Shown: positions 11,117 through 21,925 of the stretch, in pieces
Position numbering within the stretch: the first letter of the stretch is position 1
How the letters are laid out: every line of letters begins with the position of its first letter
NCBI GenBank assembly: GCA_003222635.1
Contig: QHWQ01000021.1
Location: 1,737 to 64,950 of the forward strand
Source: Acidobacteriota bacterium
GTDB lineage: Bacteria > Acidobacteriota > Vicinamibacteria > Vicinamibacterales > UBA2999
Length of the DNA stretch: 63,214 bases
Reading direction: 5' to 3'
Position numbers and translations under genes: made by a program
The notes under the pieces: model-generated
What the model was told of the DNA's origin: nothing
The model's database searches: none
What the model saw: the letters and a program-made list of their open reading frames with translations, nothing else

Positions 11117-12724
11117 ATGAAGCGCGCCATCGCCCTGCTCACGGTCGTCCACCGCTACCTGGGCCTGGTCTTCTGCCTGATCTTCGCCGTCTGGTTTGCC
11201 TCGGGCATCGTCATGGTCTATGCGCGGATGCCGGAGTACGGCGCCGCGGAGCGTCTTGCGCGTCTGGCGCCGCTCGATGCCGCAGCCATCAAGCTGACGC
11301 CCGCGCAAGCGCTCGACCAGGCGGCGCTCGGCGATGCGCCCTCACGCATCCGCATCTCCACGCTTCGCTCGCGTCCCGTCTACCGGTTCTTCGTGCAAGG
11401 AGAGTGGGTGACGCAGTACGCGGACGACGGCAGCGTGCTCGAGCGGCTGACGCCCGACGCCGCGGTCGACGTCGTGCGCGATGCGTTTCCCGCCGAGCGC
11501 GGCACCGCTCGATTCGTGGAGACGCTGCGGCAGCCCGATCAGTGGACGATCGGCATGCGCGCCGGCGGGCCGCTCCATGTGGTGTCGCTCGGCGATGCGG
11601 CGGCGACCAACGTCTACGTCGCGTCGGACACCGGCGAGATCGTCTTGAAGACCGATCGCAGCAGCCGCTTCTGGGGTTACGCGGGGCCGGTGATGCACTG
11701 GTTCTACTTCCGGCCGCTGCGCGTCAAAGGCGAGCTCTGGTACAACCTGATCGTCTACGGCTCGGCCGCCGGCTGCGTGCTCGCCATCATCGGCCTCATC
11801 ATCGGGACCTATCGCTACTCGCTCTCCCGTCTGCGCGCGGGCGTCTCGGCGACGCCCTATGTCGGCTGGCTGCGCTGGCATCACTACGCGGGATTGATCT
11901 TCGGCGTCATCACCTTCACGTGGCTGTTCAGCGGCATGCTGTCGATGGAGCCGTGGGGCATCAGCGCCGATGCGGCGCCGCGCCGCGCGCAGGTTGTTGC
12001 CATTCGCGGCGACGGCGTGGATGCCGCGCGCTTCGCGATTGCTCCGCAGCAAGTGCTCGAGACATTGCGCATAGAACACGGTCTCGAAGCGCGGGCGGAG
12101 CTGACGCGCCGCGCGCATGCGCTCGACCGCGAATCGAACGCGGAGCAGGGAGGACAGTTCGGCGCCGTCAAGGAGATCGAGCTCATTCAGTTCATGGACG
12201 CGCCGTTCTACCGCGCGCAGGATCAGGAGGGACGGACGCTGCTGCTGACCGCGGATCGCGGACCGGCGCTGAAGGATGGCTTCACCGAACCCGAGCTTCG
12301 CGCGGCCGCGGACGCGGCGATGCCCGGCACCGGCGTCCAGGAAGCGGCCTGGCTGACGCGCTACGACGGCTACTACTACGATCGCGCGGGCGAGCGGCCG
12401 CTGCCGGTGCTGCGCGTCAAATACGCGGATGCGGACGGCAGCTGGCTGTATTTCTCCGCGCGCGACGGCGGCGTCGTGCTGCGCGAGACCGCGAGCGTAC
12501 GGCCCGTCAGATGGCTGTATCACGGCCTCCACAGCCTCGATTTCCCGGGCTTCTACCAGTCCGGCTGGCTCTGGTACGCCGTCATGATTACGCTTTGCGT
12601 CGGCGGACTTCTCCTCAGCATGACGTCCGTCATCATCGGCTGGAGGGTGTTGCGCGGCAGACGGTCTGAAAAAATGTTCAGGATCTCTTCAGAGGCTCGT
12701 CCGGCCGCGTCTGATTACTATTAG
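11117..12724 (+). CDS. PepSY-associated TM-helix membrane protein
   Basis: HRYLGL..WFASG, HWFYF, RWHHYAGL, WLYHGLHSLDF. Confidence 0.85.
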   Translation: MKRAIALLTVVHRYLGLVFCLIFAVWFASGIVMVYARMPEYGAAERLARLAPLDAAAIKLTPAQALDQAALGDAPSRIRISTLRSRPVYRFFVQGEWVTQYADDGSVLERLTPDAAVDVVRDAFPAERGTARFVETLRQPDQWTIGMRAGGPLHVVSLGDAAATNVYVASDTGEIVLKTDRSSRFWGYAGPVMHWFYFRPLRVKGELWYNLIVYGSAAGCVLAIIGLIIGTYRYSLSRLRAGVSATPYVGWLRWHHYAGLIFGVITFTWLFSGMLSMEPWGISADAAPRRAQVVAIRGDGVDAARFAIAPQQVLETLRIEHGLEARAELTRRAHALDRESNAEQGGQFGAVKEIELIQFMDAPFYRAQDQEGRTLLLTADRGPALKDGFTEPELRAAADAAMPGTGVQEAAWLTRYDGYYYDRAGERPLPVLRVKYADADGSWLYFSARDGGVVLRETASVRPVRWLYHGLHSLDFPGFYQSGWLWYAVMITLCVGGLLLSMTSVIIGWRVLRGRRSEKMFRISSEARPAASDYY

Positions 12725-12731
12725 GGGGCCG

Positions 12732-13124
12732 ATGAAACACCTTGCGACGACCGTGCTGCTGACCGGCGCACTGCTGTGCGGCGGGCGGGCGTACGCGCAT
12801 CATTCCTTCGGCGCGACCTACGACAAGACGCAGACCTCCGTCGAAGGCGAGGTGCTGCAGTTCGTCTATCGCAACCCGCACGCGCTGCTGCAGATCATGG
12901 CGCCGGACTCCAACCGGCAGATGCAGCGGTGGACGGTCGAGTGGGAAGCGCGCGGGCAGCTCGACCACCAGGGCGTGACCAGCATGACGCTGAAGCCAGG
13001 CGATCGCGTGGTCGTCACCGGCAATCCGGGAAAGAACCCGGCGGATCACTGGCTGCGCGCGATGACGATCGTCCGTCCGAAGGACGGATGGAAGTGGTCG
13101 ATTAACGGCGCCTCAATGCGGTAG
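12732..13124 (+). CDS. DUF6152 family secreted protein
   Basis: AYA-HHSF after signal peptide, NPH motif, LKPGD. Confidence 0.8.
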   Translation: MKHLATTVLLTGALLCGGRAYAHHSFGATYDKTQTSVEGEVLQFVYRNPHALLQIMAPDSNRQMQRWTVEWEARGQLDHQGVTSMTLKPGDRVVVTGNPGKNPADHWLRAMTIVRPKDGWKWSINGASMR

Positions 13125-14324
13125 CGCCGCGACCGCGGTCTTCACGCCGCCAGCCCCGCCGTTTTCCGGCGTATCCACCCAGGCGAACACCAGCTCGTTT
13201 CCCGCGCGCACCATGCGCGGCACGCCGCCCACGCGGCCGCTGCCCGCGGCGCCGGCAACGGTGATCGGCGCCGACTTCGCGCCAGATGCGTCGATGTGCC
13301 GGATGCGGAACGTGGATCGCTGATTCGCGAACTCGATCCACGACGCGACCGCGCTGCCGTCGTCGAGCATCTCGATATCGACCTTGCCCATCGACGCGGC
13401 GTCATCCAGGCGAATGGGCTGACCAAACGTGCGGCCGGCGTCCTTCGAGAAGGCCGCCCACGCCTGCCCCTGATCGTTCTTCGCGGTGAACCACGCAGCG
13501 GCAACGTTGTTCTCCTGTGCGGTAATGGCGGGACCATTCACCGGGCACGCATGAATCTGCCAGCCGTCGTTGTGGACCGGCGTGCCGGCCGTCCATGCGC
13601 CCTTCTCGTAGCGCGTCACGTAGATGTCGCGAGTCTCGTCGTCCGTGCGGTTGCGGTAGATCGCGATCGGACCGTCCGTGGTCACGGCGACGTTCATCGT
13701 GCAGCAGTCGCAGACCTTCTCGTCGATCGCGCGATCAGAGACCTGCGTCCACGCCGCGTTGTACGCGCCGTAGCGCAGCGTCATCGGACCATGCTCGCGA
13801 TCCTTCACGGTGAGGCGGCCATCGAGATACACGACGCCGAGGTTGCCGTTGGCCAGCTCGAACAGGGTCGCGAACGCGTGCTGCGTGATGGTGCCGTCGT
13901 GATGCGGCAGAAACGACTTCGACCAGGTCTTGCCGTTGTCCTTCGAGTAGACGAGCCGAAGGTTCGACGCTTCGAACTCGTCGCTGCTGCTCTGCATCCA
14001 GTCGCCGACGAGCGTGCCGTTCGAGAGGCGCAGCACCGACGGCGTGTCGGCTTCGGTGATGAACCAGTCTTCGCCGGAGGCGACCTTCACGGGCGCCGAC
14101 CAGCCCGTGGCGGTGCGCTCCGCGAACTTCAGCGTCGGCTCGTCGCCGCTTTCGATCCAGCTCGCGAGCGCGCCGCGCTTCGAGATCGTCAGTTGCACGC
14201 CGTTGGCGCCTTTTTCGGCGCCGAGCTCGACGGGCTGAATTTTCAGAGCCCACGGCTGGGGCGCCTGCGCAGCCGCCGCGATTGCCATGGCCAGGACAGC
14301 AGTAAGAACTATGGTCGAGCGCAT
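13113..14324 (-). CDS. Secreted BNR/Asp-box (sialidase-fold) beta-propeller protein
   Basis: Asp boxes SKDNGKTW and SKDAGRTF; CDCC and ACPVNGP motifs; signal peptide. Confidence 0.8.
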   Translation of the reverse strand: MRSTIVLTAVLAMAIAAAAQAPQPWALKIQPVELGAEKGANGVQLTISKRGALASWIESGDEPTLKFAERTATGWSAPVKVASGEDWFITEADTPSVLRLSNGTLVGDWMQSSSDEFEASNLRLVYSKDNGKTWSKSFLPHHDGTITQHAFATLFELANGNLGVVYLDGRLTVKDREHGPMTLRYGAYNAAWTQVSDRAIDEKVCDCCTMNVAVTTDGPIAIYRNRTDDETRDIYVTRYEKGAWTAGTPVHNDGWQIHACPVNGPAITAQENNVAAAWFTAKNDQGQAWAAFSKDAGRTFGQPIRLDDAASMGKVDIEMLDDGSAVASWIEFANQRSTFRIRHIDASGAKSAPITVAGAAGSGRVGGVPRMVRAGNELVFAWVDTPENGGAGGVKTAVAALPH

Positions 14325-14366
14325 GGGCGAAGCATAACAGACCCGGAATGGCCCTTGCGACCGAAG

Positions 14367-14464
14367 GTCCGGCTAAAGCCGGACCCTACCGACGATCCCC
14401 AGCCGGATGCAGACCGCGGCGTGGATCCGGAATGGAACACCGGTAGCGTCCGCCTTCAGCGGAC
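14367..14464. repeat. Intergenic REP doublet (REPIN-like)
   Basis: 14367-14389 (-) GTAGG-GTCCGGCTTTAGCCGGAC and 14443-14464 (+) GTAGC-GTCCGCCTTCAGCGGAC; same inverted arrangement as in lpxB, 53-nt spacer. Confidence 0.85.
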
Positions 14465-14478
14465 CTGAGGGGATACGT

Positions 14479-14685
14479 ATGAGAAGCAGAGCCTGGGCGT
14501 GGTTGATTGCCATCGTGGCGCTCGTGCTCGCGGTGTGCCCGCTGGTGGCGATGTCGGGCGTGCTCGGCCTGACGCCAATGAGCATTGCGACCGCCAACAT
14601 CCTGTGGATCGCCGCGATCGTGCTGACGATCGTGTCGTTCGCGATGTCGCTGCGCCAGGGATTACGAACGCGGAGGCGCGTGTAG
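14479..14685 (+). CDS. Small two-TM membrane protein
   Basis: GAGGGG RBS, two hydrophobic segments, basic tail. Confidence 0.6.
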   Translation: MRSRAWAWLIAIVALVLAVCPLVAMSGVLGLTPMSIATANILWIAAIVLTIVSFAMSLRQGLRTRRRV

Positions 14686-14722
14686 CGTAGAGGCAGACCT
14701 CGAGGGCCGGCCATGCCCGCGC

Positions 14723-15742
14723 TTACGCGGCCGCGCGGACCAGGACGCGCCCCAGCGCGGCTGCCGCGTCGGGATCGAACTGCGATCCGCTGCAGCGCTC
14801 GATTTCAGCCACCGCCATCGCGGGCGGCATCGCCGGCCGCTGCGTATGCGGGTGCGTCATCGAATCGTAGGAATCCGCGATCGTCAGGATGCGTGCACCG
14901 AGCGGAATGTCGGTGCCCTTCAGCCGGTTCGGATAGCCGGAGCCGTCGAACGCCTCGTGATGCGCCAGAACGATCTCCGCCGCGCGCTCCAATCGAGGGA
15001 GCTTCCTGACCAGGTCGTAGCCAACCTGCGGATGCGTGCGCATCACGTCCCACTCGGCGTCCGTCAGCGGCGCCGGCTTGCAGAGAATTTCGGAGGGCAT
15101 GTCGATCTTGCCGACGTCGTGCAGCATCGCGCCGAACTCGAGACCGTCCACTTCCTCGTTCGAACACCCGAGCTCGTCGGCGACGGCGATGGCCAGGCCG
15201 GTGACGCGCGTCGAGTGGCGGCGGCCATCCTTCTCGTGCATCTGCAGCATCGCCAGCAGGCTGTCGGCCGCCGCGTACGCCGTCGTCTGCGCGCCCGCCA
15301 GCGTCGCGGCGACGGCGGCCCGCCGCGTGCGCATCTTTGCCTGCAGCGCGCAGTGCAGCTCCGCGTCGCCGACGCTGGCGCGGTGCCAGTCGAGCCCGAG
15401 CGCCAGCGCTTCGCGCAGGCGCGTGCTGTCGAACGGCTTCAAGAGGTAATCGACGACGTCGTTGCTCAGCGTGGAGACGGCGACATCGGCATCGTCGACC
15501 GAGGTCGACATAATGACGGCAGTTGTCGGATACCGCTCACGAATGCGCGCCGCCAGCCAGACACCGTTCTGTCCCGGCATGTTCACATCGCACAGCGCGA
15601 CGTCCGCGGGCGTCTCGTCGAGATGTTCGAGCGCGGCTTCCGCCGAGTCGGCTTCGTACGCGCAATAACCGAAACGGTTCACCCATGCCGCCAGCATGGG
15701 TCTCAGTGAAATGTCGTCGTCGACAACGAGCACTGAATGCAT
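14723..15742 (-). CDS. Response regulator with HD-GYP (c-di-GMP phosphodiesterase-type) domain
   Basis: Receiver VLVVDDD..CDVNMP..KPF; [22 protein letters not shown]. Confidence 0.9.
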   Translation of the reverse strand: MHSVLVVDDDISLRPMLAAWVNRFGYCAYEADSAEAALEHLDETPADVALCDVNMPGQNGVWLAARIRERYPTTAVIMSTSVDDADVAVSTLSNDVVDYLLKPFDSTRLREALALGLDWHRASVGDAELHCALQAKMRTRRAAVAATLAGAQTTAYAAADSLLAMLQMHEKDGRRHSTRVTGLAIAVADELGCSNEEVDGLEFGAMLHDVGKIDMPSEILCKPAPLTDAEWDVMRTHPQVGYDLVRKLPRLERAAEIVLAHHEAFDGSGYPNRLKGTDIPLGARILTIADSYDSMTHPHTQRPAMPPAMAVAEIERCSGSQFDPDAAAALGRVLVRAAA

Positions 15743-15851
15743 GAGCGAAGGGTCCAAGGGGGGCACCTTATCCTTAGATGGTAGAGACCATGCGTGCAGC
15801 AATCAACGGAGAAGTGACGTATCGATGAGCTCGGCACCATATACTGCAGAG

Positions 15852-17687
15852 ATGTCCGTTCACCCGAAGACGCGGCAGATCGCGAACCCGCTGCGCCGCA
15901 ACGTCGCGATCATCGCGCACGTCGATCATGGAAAGACAACGCTCGTGGATGCCCTTCTCAAACAGAGTGGTGCGTTCCGCGCGATACATCACGAGGTCGC
16001 GGAGCGGATCATGGACAACACCGACCTCGAGCGTGAGCGCAGAATTACGATTCTGGCGAAGAACACGGCCGTTCATTACCAGGATTTGCTCATCAACATC
16101 GTCGATACGCCGGGCCATGCCGACTTCGGCGGCGAGGTCGAGCGCACGCTGTCGATGGTCGACGGCGTGATGCTGCTCGTCGATGCGTCGGAAGGCCCGC
16201 TGCCGCAGACGAGGTTCGTGCTGCGCAAGGCGCTCGAGCGCGGGCTGCCGCCGATCGTCGTGCTCAACAAGATCGACCGTGCGGACGCGCGGCCAAAGGA
16301 AGTGCTCAACGAGGTCTACGACCTGTTCATCGATCTCGACGCGACGGAAGACCAGATCGAATTTCCGGTGCTCTACACGAACGCGCGCGCCGGTGTGGCG
16401 TCGACTGAAGTCGGGGTCGGCGGCGAGAGCCTGCAGCCGCTCTTCGAGGCGATCGTCGAGCACGTGCCGCCGCCGCGCGGCAACCCAGAGGCAGCGCTGC
16501 AGATTCTGGTCGCCAATCTCGACTCGAGCGATTACCTGGGGCGCATCGCCATCGGGCGCATCTTCAACGGCACGGTGAATCTCAATGACCCGGTCGCGGT
16601 GTTGAAGCTCGGAGGCGCAACCGAGCAGACGCGCATCACGAAGCTGTTCGCGTTCGACGGCCTGAAGCGCATCGAAGTGGAGCGCGCGACGGCTGGCGAC
16701 ATCGTCTGCCTGGCGGGCATCGAGGACATCACCATCGGCGAGACGATCGCCTCGGTGGAGAATCCGATCGCGATTCCTCCGATTGCGGTCGACGAGCCGA
16801 CGGTGTCGATGATCTTCGGGGTCAATACGTCGCCGATGGCCGGACGCGACGGGCAGTACGTGACGTCGCGCAACCTCCGCGAGCGTCTCGCGAAGGAGCT
16901 CCTCGGCAACGTGTCGCTGCGCGTGGAGGATACCGACACGCCGGAGCAGATGAAGGTCATCGGCCGCGGCGAGCTGCAGCTGTCGATTCTCATCGAGATG
17001 ATGCGGCGAGAAGGCTACGAGGTGCAGGTGTCGCGGCCGGAGATCGTCACGAAAGAGATCAACGGCGTGAAGATGGAGCCGGTCGAAGATCTGGTCATCG
17101 ACGTGCCCGAGGAGTTTCAGGGCGTCGTCATCGCGCAGGCGGGCACGCGGCGCGGTGTGCCGACGAAGATGGTGAACCACGGCAGCGGGCGCGTGCGGCT
17201 CGAGTTCCGCATCCCCGCGCGCGGACTGATTGGATTCCGGTCCCAGTTCCTCACCGACACCAAGGGGACGGGCATCATGAATCACATCTTCGCGGGATGG
17301 GAGCCGTGGCACGGCGCGATTCCGGCGCGGACCACCGGCGCGCTCGTCGCCGATCGCGCGGGCATCGCGACCCCCTACGCGATCTGGAACCTCCAGGAGC
17401 GCGGCGAGATCCTCATCGAGCCGCAGACGCCGGTCTACGAAGGGATGATCATCGGCGAGAACGCGCGGCAGCGCGACATGGACGTCAACGTCACGAAGGA
17501 AAAGAAGCAGACGAACATGCGCGCCTCGACCGCCGACGAGGCGATTCGCATCGTCCCGCCCCGTCTGCTCAGCCTCGAGCAGTCGATCGAGTTCATCAAC
17601 GACGATGAATTGGTCGAGGTGACGCCGAAGACGATCCGGCTGCGGAAGAAGATCCTGGCCGCCAATCAGCGGCCAAGACCTGAGTAG
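15852..17687 (+). CDS. typA: Translational GTPase TypA/BipA
   Basis: [35 protein letters not shown]-terminal [14 protein letters not shown]. Confidence 0.97.
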   Translation: MSVHPKTRQIANPLRRNVAIIAHVDHGKTTLVDALLKQSGAFRAIHHEVAERIMDNTDLERERRITILAKNTAVHYQDLLINIVDTPGHADFGGEVERTLSMVDGVMLLVDASEGPLPQTRFVLRKALERGLPPIVVLNKIDRADARPKEVLNEVYDLFIDLDATEDQIEFPVLYTNARAGVASTEVGVGGESLQPLFEAIVEHVPPPRGNPEAALQILVANLDSSDYLGRIAIGRIFNGTVNLNDPVAVLKLGGATEQTRITKLFAFDGLKRIEVERATAGDIVCLAGIEDITIGETIASVENPIAIPPIAVDEPTVSMIFGVNTSPMAGRDGQYVTSRNLRERLAKELLGNVSLRVEDTDTPEQMKVIGRGELQLSILIEMMRREGYEVQVSRPEIVTKEINGVKMEPVEDLVIDVPEEFQGVVIAQAGTRRGVPTKMVNHGSGRVRLEFRIPARGLIGFRSQFLTDTKGTGIMNHIFAGWEPWHGAIPARTTGALVADRAGIATPYAIWNLQERGEILIEPQTPVYEGMIIGENARQRDMDVNVTKEKKQTNMRASTADEAIRIVPPRLLSLEQSIEFINDDELVEVTPKTIRLRKKILAANQRPRPE

Positions 17688-17690
17688 CGT

Positions 17691-17939
17691 TTACTGGCCC
17701 TTCTTGACGGCGTTGCCTTCGCCGCCGTAGCCCATGTCGATCGAGGTGGCGCCGTGGCCGTCCTCATTGATGTCGCCCGGGGTCCGCAGGACCTCGCCAT
17801 CCCGTTCGCCCAGCGCCCGGGCGCGGCGTGCCGCGACCTCATCCGGGTCGTTGGTGGCGCGAATGTCGTCTGGCGACTGCGGCACCGGCGCGTCGGCGAT
17901 GCCGAGCGGGTCGTCCAGCGGCAGCTTGTCCTTCTTCAT
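17691..17939 (-). CDS. Small acidic hypothetical protein
   Basis: GGAGG RBS; preceded by a sigma-54 consensus. Confidence 0.7.
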   Translation of the reverse strand: MKKDKLPLDDPLGIADAPVPQSPDDIRATNDPDEVAARRARALGERDGEVLRTPGDINEDGHGATSIDMGYGGEGNAVKKGQ

Positions 17940-17963
17940 GAGTTCGCCTCCACCCTCTTCGAG

Positions 17964-17978
17964 GCAAGCCGGGTGCCA
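17964..17978 (-). promoter_or_regulatory. Sigma-54 promoter consensus
   Basis: TGGCAC-CCGGC-TTGC, exact TGGCAC-N5-TTGC, 24 nt upstream of ATG 17939. Confidence 0.65.
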
Positions 17979-18091
17979 CCCTGTGCAGATCCGTGAGCGG
18001 GATGTCCTAAGAGTCCGCTGGCGTTGGACTTCTGGCGTTTGCTCTGCTGTGCAGTCGCGCGCCCATCTGCCGATAAGGAGGTCAACCCTAA

Positions 18092-19132
<1,041 letters not shown>

Positions 19133-19183
19133 TTTTTTGGTTAGTAGTTGGTAGTTCGTGGTTGGTGGTTGCGGGCAACGCGA

Positions 19184-19467
19184 TCACGGGCCGCAGAGAC
19201 GCAGAGGATCGAATGATTCTTGCGTCTCTTCTTTTTTTGGGGTCGCTTGAAAGACTCGATCCGTGCGATTGGTCCGCTGTGCCCTTCCTGTTCGGCGCAG
19301 GTTCCATGGTCAGAGGTCAGCGCCGGCCGGTACCGCTCTTTGTTCAACAGTGTTTTTCGGGCGACCTTGCGGAGACTTGTGCCGCCGACCTTGACATTGT
19401 TCGGAGACGAAATCATCAAGCTGCGACCTTGAGCCGCTCTGAGTCTCTGCGTCTCTGCGGCTCGTGA
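19184..19467. mobile_element. MITE/REPIN-like element bounded by inverted repeats
   Basis: Perfect 17-bp IR GCCGCAGAGACGCAGAG (19190-19206) / CTCTGCGTCTCTGCGGC (19445-19461), extendable to 23 bp with one mismatch; no clear target-site duplication. Confidence 0.5.
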
Positions 19468-19493
19468 CGTCGAACCCCCGAACCCTCGAACCG

Positions 19494-19521
19494 ACTACCA
19501 ACTACCAACTACCAACTACCA
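19494..19521. repeat. Heptamer tandem repeat (ACTACCA)x4, inverted partner of degenerate TTGGTAG units at ~19140-19170
   Basis: Read directly from sequence between convergent mreB and ferredoxin genes. Confidence 0.85.
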
Positions 19522-19527
19522 ACCCAC

Positions 19528-19878
19528 CTAGATCCACTCCGGCGGCGGCTGGATAGTCGGCTCGGGAGTCTTCCCGGGATCCGGCCGCCCGCTTCCTTCC
19601 AATCGACTGATCGCGCGGACGGTCATGTCGTGGTCGCACTCGATCTGGCATGACAGACGGACGCCGGTAAGCCCGCGCTCTTCGAGTCGTGTCTTCTCGG
19701 CTTTGGTCATCCGCTGCGGTTCGCCGTCGATGAACTCGATGCGGCAGGTCGTGCAGCGCGCGTTGCCGCCGCACGCGTGCAGGATGTCGACGTGCGCATC
19801 CTGCTCGATGGCAAGCACGAGGCGCTTGCCGTTTTCCACATCAACTGGTGTGAAGCCTTCGACGGTCAGTGTCGGCAT
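19528..19878 (-). CDS. 2Fe-2S ferredoxin
   Basis: HACGGNARCTTC...RLSCQ. Confidence 0.92.
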   Translation of the reverse strand: MPTLTVEGFTPVDVENGKRLVLAIEQDAHVDILHACGGNARCTTCRIEFIDGEPQRMTKAEKTRLEERGLTGVRLSCQIECDHDMTVRAISRLEGSGRPDPGKTPEPTIQPPPEWI

Positions 19879-19909
19879 AGAGGCGCTATGTTAACGTATC
19901 GATTTGATC

Positions 19910-20437
19910 ATGGCCGACGCGCCCGACCTGCCCGACCTCCCGCGACCGTCCCAGCTCTGGAAGCAACTCAGCGCCGAGAAGAAGCGCCTCGCCGCGGATT
20001 CGTTCTGGCGTGACGACCACGCGACCGCCGAGCAGGCGGAAGCGATCAACCTCATCGCGCAGCGCATCAAGTTCCGCGTGAAGAGCGTCGTGGCGATGCC
20101 CGTCGAGAAGAAGTCGCACTACGTGCTGGCCATGCCCGCGATCTCGGAGACGATGGCCGCGCGAATGCTCGTCGCGTATCACCTGGCGCACCAGCGGCCG
20201 ATGATGGGCGCGTTTCTCGACGCGCTCGGCATCGCGCACGAGGAGGGCATCATCGCCGAAGACGAGGTGCAGCCGCCCTCACCTGATGCGCTGAAGAAAG
20301 CCGCGAAGTCGATCGCGGCGTCCTATCCTTCGGAAGACGTGTCCTTATACCTCTCTACTCTCGTCTGGCAGGACCCGGAGACCTGGGGTCCTCTCGCTGA
20401 TCTTCCCGAAACCAAGTCCGTAGTTGGTAGTTCGTAG
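19910..20437 (+). CDS. Hypothetical protein
   Basis: Typical codon usage; FLDALGIAHEEG motif; fills the gap ahead of terC. Confidence 0.75.
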   Translation: MADAPDLPDLPRPSQLWKQLSAEKKRLAADSFWRDDHATAEQAEAINLIAQRIKFRVKSVVAMPVEKKSHYVLAMPAISETMAARMLVAYHLAHQRPMMGAFLDALGIAHEEGIIAEDEVQPPSPDALKKAAKSIAASYPSEDVSLYLSTLVWQDPETWGPLADLPETKSVVGSS

Positions 20438-20494
20438 TTGGTAGTCAGTCGTTGATAGTTGTCGCGACGAACTACCAACCACCAGCTACCAACT
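20420..20494. repeat. Inverted heptamer array (TTGGTAG)n...(CTACCAA)n
   Basis: Left arm 20420-20445 includes the upstream stop codon; right arm 20467-20494. Confidence 0.8.
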
Positions 20495-20504
20495 CACAAA
20501 AAAC

Positions 20505-21248
20505 ATGGAATGGATGACGACGGCCGAAGGGTGGGCCGCTCTTCTGACGCTCACCGTCCTGGAGATCGTCCTCGGCATCGACAACGTCATCTTCATCGCG
20601 ATCGTCGCCGGAAAGCTGCCGCCGGGCCGCCGCGAGCGCGCGCGGCGCACGGGCCTGTTTCTGGCGATGTTCATCCGCATCGCGCTGCTGCTGTCGATCG
20701 TGTGGGTGATGAGCCTGACGCGGCCGCTGATAACGTTGTTCGGCCTCGACCTGTCGGGCCGTTCGCTCATCCTCGCCGGCGGCGGGCTCTTCCTGATCTT
20801 CAAGAGCACGCGCGAGATTCACGAGAACCTGGAAGGGGAGGACACGGACGATGCGCCGCACCGGCAGGCCGTCTCCTTCACTGGCGTCATCATCCAGATC
20901 CTGCTGCTCGATATCGTCTTTTCGCTCGACTCGGTGATCACCGCCGTCGGCATGGCGGAGTTCGTGTCGATCATGATCGCGGCGATCATCATCGCGGTGT
21001 GCACGATGCTGTTTGCCTCGACCGCCATCGCGGAATTCGTCGAGCGCCACCCGACGGTGAAGATGCTGGCGCTCGCGTTCCTGCTGCTGATCGGCCTGTC
21101 GCTCATCGCGGAGGGCTTCGGCCAGCACGTGCCGAAGGGGTACATTTACTTCGCCATGGGCTTCTCGGTATTCGTGGAGATGATCAACCTGCGGGTGCGG
21201 TCGAAGGCGCACGCCGTGCAGCTTCGCCGCACCTTGCCTGACGAATGA
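20505..21248 (+). CDS. terC: TerC family membrane protein
   Basis: LEIVLGIDN, DIVFSLDSVITAVG, PKGYIYFAMGFS. Confidence 0.92.
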   Translation: MEWMTTAEGWAALLTLTVLEIVLGIDNVIFIAIVAGKLPPGRRERARRTGLFLAMFIRIALLLSIVWVMSLTRPLITLFGLDLSGRSLILAGGGLFLIFKSTREIHENLEGEDTDDAPHRQAVSFTGVIIQILLLDIVFSLDSVITAVGMAEFVSIMIAAIIIAVCTMLFASTAIAEFVERHPTVKMLALAFLLLIGLSLIAEGFGQHVPKGYIYFAMGFSVFVEMINLRVRSKAHAVQLRRTLPDE

Positions 21249-21925
21249 GCGACGCCGAGCCCTCGCTGGCCACGATCGAAGCGCGCACGCACGGCCGCTA
21301 CCTTGTCCGGCCACCGCGCACGCCAGGACCCTGGCCGCTGCTCGTCGGCTTTCATGGGTACGCCGAGGCGGCCAGCGACCACATGGAGGCGCTGCAGACC
21401 ATCCCGGGCGCCGACCAATGGCTGCTCGTCTCCGTTCAAGCGCTGCATCCCTTCTACACGCGCAAGGATCGCGTCGTCGCCAGCTGGATGACGCGCGACG
21501 ATCGCGAGCTCGCCATCGGGGACAACGTCGATTACGTGGGGCGCGTGCTCGCGCGCGTCAGGGCTGACTATCCGGCGTCACCGACGCTGGTGTTTTCCGG
21601 CTTCTCGCAAGGCGGCGCGATGGCGTACCGCGCGGCGGTGAATTACCCCGCCAATGGTCTCATCGTGCTCGCCGCGGACGTGCCTCCGGATATCGTCGAG
21701 CGTCGCGGCGCCGTACCGCTGCCGGCGATGCTGCTTGGCCGCGGCACCCGCGACGACTGGTATACCGAGGAGAAGCTAGCCGGGGACCGCGCCGCGCTCG
21801 CGCGCCTCGATGCTCGCGTCGAGGTGTGCGTCTTCGACGGCGGCCACGAGTGGACCGACGCGTTTCGCGCCGCGGCTGCCGCGTTTCTCCACCGCGTGAG
21901 TCAGGAGAAACACGGCAGGTCCTGA
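21245..21925 (+). CDS. Phospholipase/carboxylesterase (alpha/beta hydrolase)
   Basis: FHGY, GFSQG nucleophile, Asp in GTRDD, FDGGH. Confidence 0.85.
   Translation: MSDAEPSLATIEARTHGRYLVRPPRTPGPWPLLVGFHGYAEAASDHMEALQTIPGADQWLLVSVQALHPFYTRKDRVVASWMTRDDRELAIGDNVDYVGRVLARVRADYPASPTLVFSGFSQGGAMAYRAAVNYPANGLIVLAADVPPDIVERRGAVPLPAMLLGRGTRDDWYTEEKLAGDRAALARLDARVEVCVFDGGHEWTDAFRAAAAAFLHRVSQEKHGRS

Noticed and set aside
19494-19521. CRISPR array
   Set aside because: Contiguous 7-nt units with no spacers; no cas genes in the window.
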